A DNA stretch of 64,000 nt from Dehalococcoidia bacterium (GCA_965205495.1 CBDBHA010000002.1:1452738-1516737); one strand, 5' to 3'; positions 18,072 through 28,632 are shown, numbered from the stretch's first letter. Program-made: numbers and translations. The notes: generated from the sequence alone by a model not told the origin.

Positions 18072-18109
18072 GAGTTTAGACCCCTCGCTACGCTCGGGCT
18101 GACAGGGGG
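18072..18109 (+). repeat. Hairpin repeat family 2, variant (ACCCC...GGGCT stem)
   Basis: The sequence is gagtttagACCCCtcgctacgctcGGGCTgacaggggg. It is near-identical to the copy at 59083..59124. Confidence 0.7.
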
Positions 18110-18249
18110 AGCTCGGATGGACAGGGGGGGCAATTAAAAGACCTTGGGGGAGAAGCGGGCCGCCTTGACCGGGTTTCCGGTCAAGGTTATCATCCGTTCC
18201 AGGCTGCCCGGGGAGGGCCGGCCAGAATGGCGCGATAGAGGAGGGGCCC

Positions 18250-19968
18250 ATGCCCAAGGCCAACGAGTTGATAGTGCAGGCGCTGGAAGAAGCCGGGGTT
18301 GAGTACGTCTTTGGCATTCCCGGGGGTGGGACCGGCCAGATCTACAACCTGCTTTACGGGAAAGAAGACCGGATCAAGGCCATCCTGTGCCGCCACGAGC
18401 AGACGGCGGCGATTATGGCCGACGCCTACGCGCGAGCCACGGGAAAACCGGCGGTGGTCATGGGGCAGGGGTTGTTCATTGGGTCCAACGCCGCCTTCGG
18501 CATTATGGAGTCGATGCTGAGCAGCTCGCCGATGCTGGTTTTAACGGACACTTCGGACGGCGGAGCGGCGCAGCACCCGGCCAACCAATCGGGGGCCGGA
18601 GAGTACGGAAGCATCGACCTGCAAAGCATCTTCAAGGCGATGACCAAGTACACGACGTTGGCGACCAGTCCCAAGGAAGCCGTGCTGGGGACGCAGTTGG
18701 CGTTGAAACACGCTACTAGCGGCCGGCCGGGACCCGCGGCGGTGGTGATGCGGAGCGCGTCCATTGGGGGAGAGGTGGACCTGGAGTCGCCGCCTTTCAT
18801 CCATCCCACGGGCGGGTACCTGAACACGGCCAAGCCGCAGAGCGCGCCGCAGGATATTGAGCGGGCGGTGGAGATATTGTCGCAGTCGCGGCGGCCGGTT
18901 TTGGTGGCGGGGAACGGAGTGCATGTGTCGGGGGCCCACTCGCAATTGCAGGAACTGGCGGAACAGTGGAATATGCCGGTGGCAACGAGTTACAAAGGAA
19001 AGAGCGCCATCGCCGAGACCCATCCGCTGTCGCTGGGGATGGTTGGAATTTACGGGCAGACGGCGGCCAACCAGGTGGTGGGTGAAGCGGACACCGTGGT
19101 GATTGTGGGGGCCAAGTTGAGCCCGCAGGACACGGTTCGGGAGAGCCCCAATGTGTTCAACCCGAGGCAGCAGCACATTATTCAGATTGACATTGACGAC
19201 CGGAACGCGGGGTGGACCTTCCCGATAGAACTGGGATTGACCGGGGACGCCGGCAGCATCATGTCGCAGTTGATTGAAGCTTCGGGGGGCGCGGCGACGG
19301 GGTCGGCGGCCAACCGGCAAGAATGGGCGGCGGGGCTGGAACAGAAAAAGACGGACCGGTCCTTCTACAGCGACCCGGCATTGAGCTTGGACACATCTCC
19401 GGTGACGCCGCAGCGGTTGGTTGCAACGTTGCAAGAAACGCTGCCGGCGGACACGATTTTCTCGTTGGACGCGGGAAACAACCGGACCTGGATGGCGCAT
19501 TTCTACCAGGCGCAGGCCGCCAAGACCTTTTTCGCGCCAGGAGGCACGGCGGGAATGGGCTGGGGGCTGCCGGCGGCAGTGGGGTTGAAATTGGCCTACC
19601 CCAACCAGACGGTGTGCTCGGTTACCGGGGACGGGGGTTACATGATGACGGTAAACGCCCTCTCGACTGCGGTGCAGTACGACTTGCCCATTTTGTGCGT
19701 GGTGTTCAACGACAACGCGCTGGGAATGGTATTGGACCACCAGGAGCCGGGGCGGGAAATCGCTTCGGAGTTTGTGCAGACCGATAACGGAGCGGTGGCG
19801 CGGGGAATGGGGGCGTTTGGGATTCAGGTGAATGATTCACGGGACCTGCCCGACGCCATCGGGCAGGCGTTAGCGTCGGGACTGCCGGCGGTGGTGGACG
19901 TGATAGTGGACCGGGGGCCAAGCCCGGACGACTGGAGGGCGGACCTGCGGACGGCGGGAGAGACCTAA
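18250..19968 (+). CDS. ThDP-dependent enzyme, acetolactate synthase-like (paralog 2)
   Basis: 572 aa. N-terminal GIPGG...RHEQ-AAIMADAYAR and the C-terminal ThDP motif GDGGYMMTVNALSTAV...NDNALG. Confidence 0.85.
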   Translation: MPKANELIVQALEEAGVEYVFGIPGGGTGQIYNLLYGKEDRIKAILCRHEQTAAIMADAYARATGKPAVVMGQGLFIGSNAAFGIMESMLSSSPMLVLTDTSDGGAAQHPANQSGAGEYGSIDLQSIFKAMTKYTTLATSPKEAVLGTQLALKHATSGRPGPAAVVMRSASIGGEVDLESPPFIHPTGGYLNTAKPQSAPQDIERAVEILSQSRRPVLVAGNGVHVSGAHSQLQELAEQWNMPVATSYKGKSAIAETHPLSLGMVGIYGQTAANQVVGEADTVVIVGAKLSPQDTVRESPNVFNPRQQHIIQIDIDDRNAGWTFPIELGLTGDAGSIMSQLIEASGGAATGSAANRQEWAAGLEQKKTDRSFYSDPALSLDTSPVTPQRLVATLQETLPADTIFSLDAGNNRTWMAHFYQAQAAKTFFAPGGTAGMGWGLPAAVGLKLAYPNQTVCSVTGDGGYMMTVNALSTAVQYDLPILCVVFNDNALGMVLDHQEPGREIASEFVQTDNGAVARGMGAFGIQVNDSRDLPDAIGQALASGLPAVVDVIVDRGPSPDDWRADLRTAGET

Positions 19969-20086
19969 GCCACTTAGACCACAGGGGAAGCAAGGCCCAG
20001 GCCGGTGGACCGGGCACCGGCGGGAGAAAGAACCCGCCGATGAAAACATTGGCCTCCTTTATTCGCAGCAAGGGGAGAAGACAGCT

Positions 20087-22207
20087 ATGGCATATTGGAG
20101 CGAGAGTCAACTGGCGTCGATACACAAAATGCTGAACCCGGAGTCGGTGGCCATAGTGGGGGCGACGCCGCGGATGCAGTACGGCGGGCGGATGCTAAAC
20201 GCCATGCTAAAAGCCAAGGACAGGCTGCGAATCTATCCGGTAAACCCGCGTTACGACGAGATTATGGAAACCAAGACCTATCCCAGCGTCAGAGACCTGC
20301 CGGAGGCACCGGACGTAGTTTGTATTGTGGTGCCATATAACCGGGTGCTGGACGTATTGAAGGATAGCCACGAAAAGGGCGCGAAGTCGGCGATTGTTAT
20401 CTCGGCGGGGTTTTCCGAGCGGGGAGAAGACGACCGGAGCGAGTTGCAGAGCGAACTGGGGCGGTTTGCCGAGGAATCGGGGTTGCGGTTCAGCGGGCCC
20501 AACTGCTTGGGACTGGCGAACGTGCGGGACGACATTTGGGCCAGCTCGTCATCACGGGGGTCGGACGGGTTGACCGGGCCGGTTGGGTTAATCTGCCAAA
20601 GTGGAGCGTCGGCCTTTGGACCGTTTTTGACGCGGGCGGTGGAGGAAGGCATTGGGTTGAGCCACATCATCTCGACGGGGAACGAGGCGGACTTGGACTT
20701 TTCCGATTTTGCCCGTTACCTGCTGGACGATGACGGCGTGAAGGTAATTGCCGGGTTTATTGAGGGGTTCAAGGACGCCCGGAAATTCACCGAGGTGGCG
20801 CGGTTGGCGGCGGAGCGGGGAAAGCCGATAGTGCTGATCAAGATTGGGCGGTCGGACCTAGGGTCCCGGGCAGCGCGTTCCCACACCGCCGCTTTGACCG
20901 GAGTGGACTCCCTTTACGACGAGGTGTTCGCGCAATACGGGGTTACCCGGGTGCAGGACTACGACGAGTTGTTGGAGGTGTCGCACCTTTTGGCAAACAT
21001 GCCAAAGCCCAGCAAGCGAGGCCTGGCGGTGGTGTCGCATTCGGGCGGAATCAGCTCGTTGACGGCGGACATGTGCGGGCAAGCGGGGTTGGACCTGCCG
21101 CTTCTGACGGACCGGGCCAAGGACGGAATCAACGGGATTTTGAAGGGGTTTGGCTGGGCGGCGAACCCGTCGGACGTGACCGGATTCGCCAATAGCGAAT
21201 CCTTCCCGGAGATAATGCAGTATTTGATTGAGGAGCCGGAGGTGGGCAACCTAGTGGTGGCCAGCGCCGGGGCCGACGCCCAAGCGGAACAAGTGATTGC
21301 CCAGCGAGACAAGAGCGAAAAGGGAGTGGCGTTTTTGTGGACGGGGACCCGGGGCGCGGACTCGGGGTTACCCAAATTGAAGGAGGCCCGGATACCGATA
21401 TTTTATGTGCCGGACAAACTGGCGTTGGGGTTGAAGACTCTGGTGGACTACCATGGTTTCCAGGAACGGCGGGGGGCCAACGGGTTTGGGTCGGCGCCGG
21501 AGGTTAGCACGGCGCAGCGGGGCAAGTTGGCGGAGTTGCGAGGTTTGGGAAGAGCAGCGTTGTCGGAATACGAAAGCAAGCAGCTAATAGGGGCTTGGGG
21601 AATTCCGGTTACCGAGGAAGCGGTGGCGGGGTCGGCGGAAGAAGCGGCGGAAACGGCGCAGAGGATCGGGTTTCCCGTGGCGTTAAAGGTGGACTCGCCG
21701 GACATTCTGCACAAGACGGAAGCGGGAGGAATCCGGCTGGAACTAAGCAACGCTGACCAGGTTAAGACGGCGTTTGAAGAGGTTATGTCCAGTTGCCGGC
21801 AGTATGCGCCCGAAGCCGCGATCAACGGGGTTTTGGTGCAGGAGATGGTCAGCGGCGGCGTTGAGGTGATAACCGGGGTGTCCTATGACCCACAATTGGG
21901 GCCGATTCTGTTGTTTGGGACCGGCGGGGTGATGGTGGAAGTCTACAACGACGTCGCACTGCGGCAATGTCCGGTAACAACGGCGGAAGCGTTGGAGATG
22001 GTGCACCAGGTCAAGGGAGTGCGGTTGCTGCAAGGGTTCCGGGGATCTCCTGAAGCCGATATTGCGGCGGTGGCGGATACGTTGGTTAAGGTATCCCACC
22101 TGGCCTGCAACCTGGAAGGGCAACTTTCGGAACTGGACATCAACCCACTGATGGCGCTACCCAAAGGCCAAGGAGTCAAGGCGGCGGACGCGCTGGCGGT
22201 TTTCTAA
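20087..22207 (+). CDS. ADP-forming acyl-CoA synthetase (fused alpha/beta; CoA-binding + ATP-grasp)
   Basis: 706 aa. N-terminal CoA-binding segment (SVAIVGAT...YPVNP), succinyl-CoA-ligase-like middle (SQSGA, SHTAALTG phosphohistidine loop), and C-terminal ATP-grasp (FPVALKVDSPDILHKTEAGG). Confidence 0.85.
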   Translation: MAYWSESQLASIHKMLNPESVAIVGATPRMQYGGRMLNAMLKAKDRLRIYPVNPRYDEIMETKTYPSVRDLPEAPDVVCIVVPYNRVLDVLKDSHEKGAKSAIVISAGFSERGEDDRSELQSELGRFAEESGLRFSGPNCLGLANVRDDIWASSSSRGSDGLTGPVGLICQSGASAFGPFLTRAVEEGIGLSHIISTGNEADLDFSDFARYLLDDDGVKVIAGFIEGFKDARKFTEVARLAAERGKPIVLIKIGRSDLGSRAARSHTAALTGVDSLYDEVFAQYGVTRVQDYDELLEVSHLLANMPKPSKRGLAVVSHSGGISSLTADMCGQAGLDLPLLTDRAKDGINGILKGFGWAANPSDVTGFANSESFPEIMQYLIEEPEVGNLVVASAGADAQAEQVIAQRDKSEKGVAFLWTGTRGADSGLPKLKEARIPIFYVPDKLALGLKTLVDYHGFQERRGANGFGSAPEVSTAQRGKLAELRGLGRAALSEYESKQLIGAWGIPVTEEAVAGSAEEAAETAQRIGFPVALKVDSPDILHKTEAGGIRLELSNADQVKTAFEEVMSSCRQYAPEAAINGVLVQEMVSGGVEVITGVSYDPQLGPILLFGTGGVMVEVYNDVALRQCPVTTAEALEMVHQVKGVRLLQGFRGSPEADIAAVADTLVKVSHLACNLEGQLSELDINPLMALPKGQGVKAADALAVF

Positions 22208-22275
22208 GAAAGGGCGTCAAGCCCAACGGGTGCGAGAACAAACGGCCCCCGGCGGGAAGTGATCCCGGCGGGGGG

Positions 22276-22695
22276 CTATTCTTTCTGCTGAAGGATATTG
22301 CCGTTCAACTCGGTGATGCGTTCCACGCGGACCAAAACCGCCGCGCCCTGTCGTTCCGGGTCGCGGTCCAACTCGGCCTGGATGGTTCGGGACATGACCT
22401 CGTCCCAGATGGGGCCATTATCGTAGACCTCGGCGACGCCGTGGAAACGCCAGGCGTGATGTTTTTCCGGGTTGCGGTAGTAGATGACAACCTTGGGATT
22501 GGCGGCGACGTTATCAAGGGCCGAGCGCCGGGCGCGTTCCCAGTAGGCCAGAGTTTCCGGGTCTAAGACCAGGACGCTGCCCTTGGGACTGATTTGGGGG
22601 TCGCCGTCAGCGGAGGCGGTGCCAACGAGACAGGTCAACCCATCGTCGTGGGCGGTATCGATAAGCTTTTGCATCTCGCCGTTTATGTTAATCAT
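22276..22695 (-). CDS. Pyridoxamine 5'-phosphate oxidase-family FMN-binding split-barrel protein
   Basis: Start refined to the ATG at 22695 (GAGGAG 6 nt upstream). It has a PNPOx-like split-barrel pattern (LVGTASADGDPQISPKGS). Confidence 0.65.
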   Translation of the reverse strand: MININGEMQKLIDTAHDDGLTCLVGTASADGDPQISPKGSVLVLDPETLAYWERARRSALDNVAANPKVVIYYRNPEKHHAWRFHGVAEVYDNGPIWDEVMSRTIQAELDRDPERQGAAVLVRVERITELNGNILQQKE

Positions 22696-22908
22696 TGCGT
22701 TCTCCTCGGAAACCAATGGGGATTAGACCGGGGCGAATATAGTATAATGCGTTGGCCTACGTTTTGACGGTAAACGAAGGCTTTGCATTGGGGATTTCGC
22801 CCATGAAACACCGGGCAAAGGATTTGGATTCAATCGCAACCGTTGTGGAACAAGCAGGGCGATGCGAACGGTCCGCCCCGCCAGCCCTGTAGACGTTAGG
22901 AGCAGCCA

Positions 22909-25900
22909 GTGACCCACACGTTAGAGATTCACGATCTGGCCGATTCGGGCCAGTTGCAACTTGTATACCGGGAAGGGGAAGAGGTTCGGAACGCGCCTCC
23001 GGTGGAATTCAGGAACCCCTTGGAAGCATCGGACCACCAGGAACTGGAGTGGTTCTTCAAGGAGTACTGGACCCATCCCTTCGACCAATCCAGGGCCCGG
23101 GCGGAAGCCATAGAAAACGCGCTGCGGAACCTGGGGCGTCTCTTTTTTGAAGCGGTTTTCAACAGCAACGACGAGGCCAAGGGAATTTTCACCGCAGCCC
23201 AGGAACACGGACTGGAAGAGATAGAGTTGGCCGTCATTTCCCAGCGCGGAGAGTTCTTGGGACTGCCCTGGGAATTGATGAACGAGACGGCAGCGGGGTA
23301 CCCAGCGGCGGGGATGGCTTCGGTGGTAAGGAACTACGCGGATGGTCCGCTAGCATCTTTTGATGGTACGTTACCGACGGACCAACTGAACGTGCTGTTG
23401 GTATCGCCGAATCCGGACGGGGGTTCCTACGGGACCGGCGGCGAGATGGCGGCGGACTCGGCGGAAATCCTGGAATCGCTGGACGTGCAAGTGGAGTTGG
23501 ACTGGGTAAATCCGGCCACCTGGCAAGGGTTGGTGGAGTTCTTGGAAGCAAGGCCGGGACGCTACCACCTGATCCACCTGGACGGGGTAACTACCGCCGG
23601 GGATGGGAGCCAATTGCTTTTGGAGGACTTGGAAGGAGGCAGCCGGGGAGTTGGCGGAACTGAGTTGGGAGCCCTTTTGTCGCAAGCGGGGATACCGATA
23701 GTTTTGCTGAACGGCACAGGAGGGACGTCCGGAGAAAACGGGAGCCGGTGGCCGGAATTGGCCGCAGGGTTGGCGCAGGGGGGAATGCCATTGGTGGTTT
23801 CCGTAGCGCATCCCCTGGGGGACCGGGCGGCGCGGGCGACCTTTTTGAGGCAGCTCCACCAAGCGTTGGTGCGGGGGAGCGACGTGGCGCAAGGGGTCGC
23901 ACAAGCGCGGAGGGCGTTAATGGATTCGCCCGTTCGGCTAACCCTGGCGGGGAAACAGGTGCAGTGGGACTGGGTGACGCCGCAGGTGTACCAATCGAAA
24001 GCCTATACACCGGCGGCCATCGGAGCGGAGCAAGCGGCGGACCCGTTGGCGTCCCCGATGATTCAACCGCAGCGGGAAGTGCAAGTTGAACTGCAACTGC
24101 CGGCAGCGGGAGGGTTTGGACTGGTAGGCCGCCAGGACGAATCGGACCGGCTGGTGAAGATGCTGCGGGAAACTCCCACGGTTCTGTTGACCGGCAACAC
24201 CGGTGCGGGAAAGACAGAACTGGCGCTGGGGATGGCGCGGTGGTTCCAGAGAATCGGCCGGGGGATACGGCCTGGAGGGGTTTATTACACCACCTTTGAA
24301 GCGTCGCATCCTTCGGGGATGGAACGGATTGTCCACGAGATTGGGACCAGCATAGCCGGGTTGCCGTTCGCAGACATGAGCATAGGCCAGCAGCGGCGGT
24401 GGGTCACGGAGTATTTGCAGGAACATCCTTCGCTGCTGATATGGGACAACGTGGAAAACGTGGCGGGGTTCCCGAGCGGTGCGCCGGGGTTGTTGGAGCC
24501 CGAGGAACAAGCCGAGTTGAACAGCTTCTTGTCGGACATCACGGTAGGCGGGCGGAGCTGGGCTTTGTTGGTAACGAGGAGGGCCGACGAGGAGTGGCTG
24601 TCGACACCCCACGGAGTCCAGCAGTTGGGAGGGTTGAAGGGGCAGGACCGGGTTGAACTTGCCGCGGCAATCCTGGACAATGCGGGGATTGAGTCCGGCC
24701 GGTTGAGCGGTGAAGTCGCCGAGTTTTTGGAGGCGGTCGAAGGGCACCCGCTGGCCATGCAGATTGGGCTGCCGCTTTTGAAAGACGTACCGGCCTCGGT
24801 GTTGACCACCGAACTGGGCAAGACCATCGAAGGTTTAGGAGAGGGTGTTAAAGAAGAAGGCCGCGACGACTTTTTGACGGCTGTAATGGAATATTCCTGG
24901 AGCAGAATGCCGAGACGGAGCAGGACGCACCTGCCTTTCCTGGCGTTGTTCCAGCGCCGTGTGATGATGGACATTTTGAACCACATCACCGGGGAGCCGA
25001 CCTACAAAGGAGTGATGGGGGAAGAACTGGGATGGGGAGCCACCCGCACGCTATTGCGGTCGGGGCTGGGTTCGGGGTTCTTGGAAGGCATATCGCCCAG
25101 CGTGTTCCAGATTCACCCGGCGCTGCCGTGGTTCTATGGGCGGAAGCTGGGACAGCAGGTGCGTGGGGCTGGGCTGGGCCAACTGGAGAGGGAGTTTGTC
25201 CGGGTCTACGCCGACACCGCCGACTATTTCCTGGAGTCGCTGTACGAAAACCAAGACTCTGGGGTGACAGCGATTTTGGCTGAAGAAGGCAACCTGACCC
25301 AGGCCTTGGGACTAGCGTTGGAGGAGAGGGACTGGGACAACTCGCAACTGTTGATTCAGCCTCTGGCCCAGGTCTACCGGATGCAAAAACGGTTTGCGGA
25401 ACTGCGCCGGCTGCGGCGGCAACTGCTGGAAATGGTGGGAGAAACAGCGGAGGAGGCAGAGGGCCGAGGAGCGGCGGAGCTGTGGTTGTACCTGGTGGGC
25501 ACGGAGGCGGGGGAGGCGCTGGACCTGGGAGAACTGGATTACGCGGAAGGTTTGAACCAGGCGCTTCACGCCTATCTGACGCAGCAGGAAGACGGAGGAA
25601 CGGACCCCCGCACCGGGGCGGTATGCCAACAGTTTGGGTTGATAGCAATGCGACGGGGAAGGTTGGACGAGGCGGCGGGGTGGTTGCAACAGTCGCTGGC
25701 GATAATTGAAGGGGGAGAGGACCCGGCTTCGGTGGCCGACGACTATTTTGCCCTGGGACAGGTGAAGCAATACCAACGTTATTACACGGAAGCCAAGGAA
25801 TGGTACCAGAAGGCGCTGGACATTCACCAACGGATGCCGGATGAGGAAGAGATGGTGAAGGACTACCGGGCGTTGGGCACGGTGTCGCAGTTGAAGTTCG

Positions 25901-26586
25901 AGTACCCGGAGGCGGAGAGTTGGTACCATCGGGCCCGGGCGATTGTGGAGGAGCAGCGGGACGAAGAGACGGCGGTGCTGGTGTTCCACGAGTTGGGGAC
26001 GGTATGCCATTCGCAGTACCTGTTTGACGACGCCATTAGCTGGTACGAGCAGGCGTTGAACCTCAGCGACCGTTTGGGGATGGAAGAGCAGATGGCGGTT
26101 GAGTTCCACCACCTGGGATTGCTGCAACAGAACCGGGGGATTATCTATGATGAGGCGGAGGAGTGGTTCAAGGCGGCGATGAACCAATATGAAACGCTGG
26201 GGAACCGGCGGGCGGTGGGGGACGAATGCCGGCAACTGGGGGTGCTGTTCCACGAGCAGAAACGGTACGATGAAGCGGCAACCTGGTACCACCAGGCCAG
26301 GGAGATCTTCGAGGAACTGGGAGACATTCAGCGCGCTTCGCGGACCTACGGGCAGTTAGGCATGATTGCGGAGGAGCAGGAAAACATACCAGGGGCGTTG
26401 GAGTGGGTGGCGCGGACTCACCAACTGGCCGTCGACTATGACTTGCCAGTGGGGGTTCAGGTAAAGGCGCACCTGGCCCGGCTGCGGGACAAGATCGGCC
26501 AGGAAGAGTTTGAAAGCTGGTGGAGAGGCTTCACCGGAGAAGAGGCCCCAGGGGACCTGGACGTTGACGTTTCAGGGATTATTTAA
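22909..26586 (+). CDS. STAND NTPase: N-terminal CHAT-like (caspase-fold) domain + NB-ARC ATPase + C-terminal TPR array
   Basis: GTG start with AGGAG 6 nt upstream. CHAT-like segment: LPWELM ... YHLIHLDG ... IVLLNGTGGT. NB-ARC motifs: Walker A LLTGNTGAGKTELA, Walker B SLLIWDNVEN, LLVTRR and GHPLAM (GLPL-like). At least 5 TPR-like repeats carry a recurring EA-x-xWY-x-xA motif. Confidence 0.85.
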   Translation: MTHTLEIHDLADSGQLQLVYREGEEVRNAPPVEFRNPLEASDHQELEWFFKEYWTHPFDQSRARAEAIENALRNLGRLFFEAVFNSNDEAKGIFTAAQEHGLEEIELAVISQRGEFLGLPWELMNETAAGYPAAGMASVVRNYADGPLASFDGTLPTDQLNVLLVSPNPDGGSYGTGGEMAADSAEILESLDVQVELDWVNPATWQGLVEFLEARPGRYHLIHLDGVTTAGDGSQLLLEDLEGGSRGVGGTELGALLSQAGIPIVLLNGTGGTSGENGSRWPELAAGLAQGGMPLVVSVAHPLGDRAARATFLRQLHQALVRGSDVAQGVAQARRALMDSPVRLTLAGKQVQWDWVTPQVYQSKAYTPAAIGAEQAADPLASPMIQPQREVQVELQLPAAGGFGLVGRQDESDRLVKMLRETPTVLLTGNTGAGKTELALGMARWFQRIGRGIRPGGVYYTTFEASHPSGMERIVHEIGTSIAGLPFADMSIGQQRRWVTEYLQEHPSLLIWDNVENVAGFPSGAPGLLEPEEQAELNSFLSDITVGGRSWALLVTRRADEEWLSTPHGVQQLGGLKGQDRVELAAAILDNAGIESGRLSGEVAEFLEAVEGHPLAMQIGLPLLKDVPASVLTTELGKTIEGLGEGVKEEGRDDFLTAVMEYSWSRMPRRSRTHLPFLALFQRRVMMDILNHITGEPTYKGVMGEELGWGATRTLLRSGLGSGFLEGISPSVFQIHPALPWFYGRKLGQQVRGAGLGQLEREFVRVYADTADYFLESLYENQDSGVTAILAEEGNLTQALGLALEERDWDNSQLLIQPLAQVYRMQKRFAELRRLRRQLLEMVGETAEEAEGRGAAELWLYLVGTEAGEALDLGELDYAEGLNQALHAYLTQQEDGGTDPRTGAVCQQFGLIAMRRGRLDEAAGWLQQSLAIIEGGEDPASVADDYFALGQVKQYQRYYTEAKEWYQKALDIHQRMPDEEEMVKDYRALGTVSQLKFEYPEAESWYHRARAIVEEQRDEETAVLVFHELGTVCHSQYLFDDAISWYEQALNLSDRLGMEEQMAVEFHHLGLLQQNRGIIYDEAEEWFKAAMNQYETLGNRRAVGDECRQLGVLFHEQKRYDEAATWYHQAREIFEELGDIQRASRTYGQLGMIAEEQENIPGALEWVARTHQLAVDYDLPVGVQVKAHLARLRDKIGQEEFESWWRGFTGEEAPGDLDVDVSGII

Positions 26587-26643
26587 ACCTGGGGCTGGCC
26601 GGACAGCGTTTGGATTTTGCGCTGAGAAAATAAGAGGTGTCAG

Positions 26644-28632
26644 ATGGCGGTAACGCGGCTGGAAATCGAGTCCCGTCAACCATATTCGGGGGGCAAGGCG
26701 TTTGGCGAGGTTGGCCCTTACGAGCAACTGGATGGCACCGTGTATTTCACGGTTGAGCCGGGGCATCCAGACAATAGCCTTATAGCGGATATTGAGCTGG
26801 CGCCGAAAAACGGGGAAGGGTTTGTAGAGTTCTCCGCCGATTTTCGGATCCTGCGTCCGGTATCAACGGAACGAAGCAGCAGGACCTTGTTCTTGGACGT
26901 TGTGAACCGGGGCAAGGACCGGGCTTCGAAACTGTTTAACGATGCGCCCGAAGCCGTTGACCCCAGCGCGCCGCAGGACCCCGGGAACGGGTTCCTGATG
27001 CGGCAGGGATACACACTGGCCTGGTGCGGGTGGCAGCACGACGTGCCGGAGGTACCGGGGCTTCTGCGGGTCCGGGCGCCGCAAGCGGTTACGGAGGAGG
27101 GGCCGGTTTCGGGGCGGATGGCGTTAACCTTCCAGCCAAATGAGGACGCGCCGGTGCAGATGCTTTCGGAGCGGGGACACCAGCCCTACCCAACCAACCA
27201 CCTGGAAGACTGGGACGCAACCTTGACGATGCGGGAGCACGAGGAAGCTGAACCGGCGGCAATCGCCAGGGAACGGTGGCATTTCGCCCGGCTGGAGGAT
27301 GGGCGGCGGGTTCCGGACGCGTCCCACGTTCACCTGGAAAGCGGGTTTGAAGCTGGGCGGATATATCAGGTCATTTTTTCCACCAGCAAGGCTCCGGTGG
27401 CCGGGTTGGGGCTATTGGGGACGCGGGACTTTGTATCGTTTTTGCGGTACGGCGGCGGGAATGAAGGGAACCCCTGCGCGGGAGAGATTGACTGCTCACT
27501 GGGGTTTGGGCAATCGCAGAGCGGGCGGTTTTTGCGTCACCTTTTGTACCTGGGGTTGAACCAGGATGAGGCTGGCAGGACGGTTTTTGATGGGGTAATC
27601 GCCCACGTAGCGGGGGCGCGGCGGGGGGAGTTTAACCAGCGGTTCGCTCAACCCTCCACAGCGACCAAGCAAAGTATGAGCAACTCGTTCCCCTTTACTG
27701 CGTTGGAACAGACGGATCCTGAGACCGGCCAGACCGACGGGCTCCTGATGCGGCAGCGGGGCAAGGGGAGTGTGCCGAAATTGTTTTTGATGAACTCCGG
27801 GGCGGAGTATTGGTGGGCGCATCTGTCGCTGGCGCAGACGGATATAGAAGGCCAGCGGGACATGAAGCAACCGGAGGAAGTGCGGCTGTACTACTACGCC
27901 GGGACACAACACGGGTCGGGCGTTTTCCCGCTGACGGACAGCGACGGGGGCAACGGACCCCGAGGGCAGCATTACTTCAACTGGGTGGACTACCGGCCGG
28001 TATTGCGGGCTTCGCTGGCTAACCTCGACGGGTGGGTGAAATACGGGGCAGCCCCGCCGGATAGTTGTCATCCCAGGTTGGAAGATGGGACTTTGACTCA
28101 ACGGGACAAAATCCGGGAGCGGTTCATCAGCATACCGGGGGGAGATTTCCCGGTGCATTACAAACGGATTTCGCGAATGGAGTTCGACGCGGCCAAGAGC
28201 GAAGCGGCCAATCTTCCCGCCTGGATGGGGAACCCCTATCCGATACTTGTGCCAGAGGTGGACGCCGACGGGAACGAGTTGGGGGGCATCAGGTTGCTGG
28301 ACATCACGGTACCGCTGGGGACCAACATGGGGTGGAACGTGCGGCATCCTGACAATGGGGGAGTGGGACAGGTTATCGGCACCACTGGGTCGACGATACC
28401 GTTCCCGTCGACTCGTGAAGAGAGGGAGAGGTTGGCAGACCCTCGAAGTTCTGTGGAGGAGCGGTACGGTTCCAAGGGGGAGTTCCTGGCCAAGATCGGG
28501 GACGCGGCGCGGGCCCTGGTGGAGGACCGCTTTTTGCTACCGGAGGACCTGGCGACGGTGGAACGGCACGGGTCGGAGCGTTATGACGCGGTGATGGGGG
28601 AGGTGCTTCAGCCTCAGCCGGCGGATAATTAG
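26644..28632 (+). CDS. Conserved hypothetical 662-aa protein (possibly alpha/beta-hydrolase-domain family)
   Basis: Clean ORF with an AGAGGTG RBS. The N-terminus MAVTRLEIESRQPYSGGKAFGEVGPYEQLDG resembles large actinobacterial/chloroflexal alpha/beta-hydrolase-domain proteins as I recall them. The function is not established. Confidence 0.6.
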   Translation: MAVTRLEIESRQPYSGGKAFGEVGPYEQLDGTVYFTVEPGHPDNSLIADIELAPKNGEGFVEFSADFRILRPVSTERSSRTLFLDVVNRGKDRASKLFNDAPEAVDPSAPQDPGNGFLMRQGYTLAWCGWQHDVPEVPGLLRVRAPQAVTEEGPVSGRMALTFQPNEDAPVQMLSERGHQPYPTNHLEDWDATLTMREHEEAEPAAIARERWHFARLEDGRRVPDASHVHLESGFEAGRIYQVIFSTSKAPVAGLGLLGTRDFVSFLRYGGGNEGNPCAGEIDCSLGFGQSQSGRFLRHLLYLGLNQDEAGRTVFDGVIAHVAGARRGEFNQRFAQPSTATKQSMSNSFPFTALEQTDPETGQTDGLLMRQRGKGSVPKLFLMNSGAEYWWAHLSLAQTDIEGQRDMKQPEEVRLYYYAGTQHGSGVFPLTDSDGGNGPRGQHYFNWVDYRPVLRASLANLDGWVKYGAAPPDSCHPRLEDGTLTQRDKIRERFISIPGGDFPVHYKRISRMEFDAAKSEAANLPAWMGNPYPILVPEVDADGNELGGIRLLDITVPLGTNMGWNVRHPDNGGVGQVIGTTGSTIPFPSTREERERLADPRSSVEERYGSKGEFLAKIGDAARALVEDRFLLPEDLATVERHGSERYDAVMGEVLQPQPADN

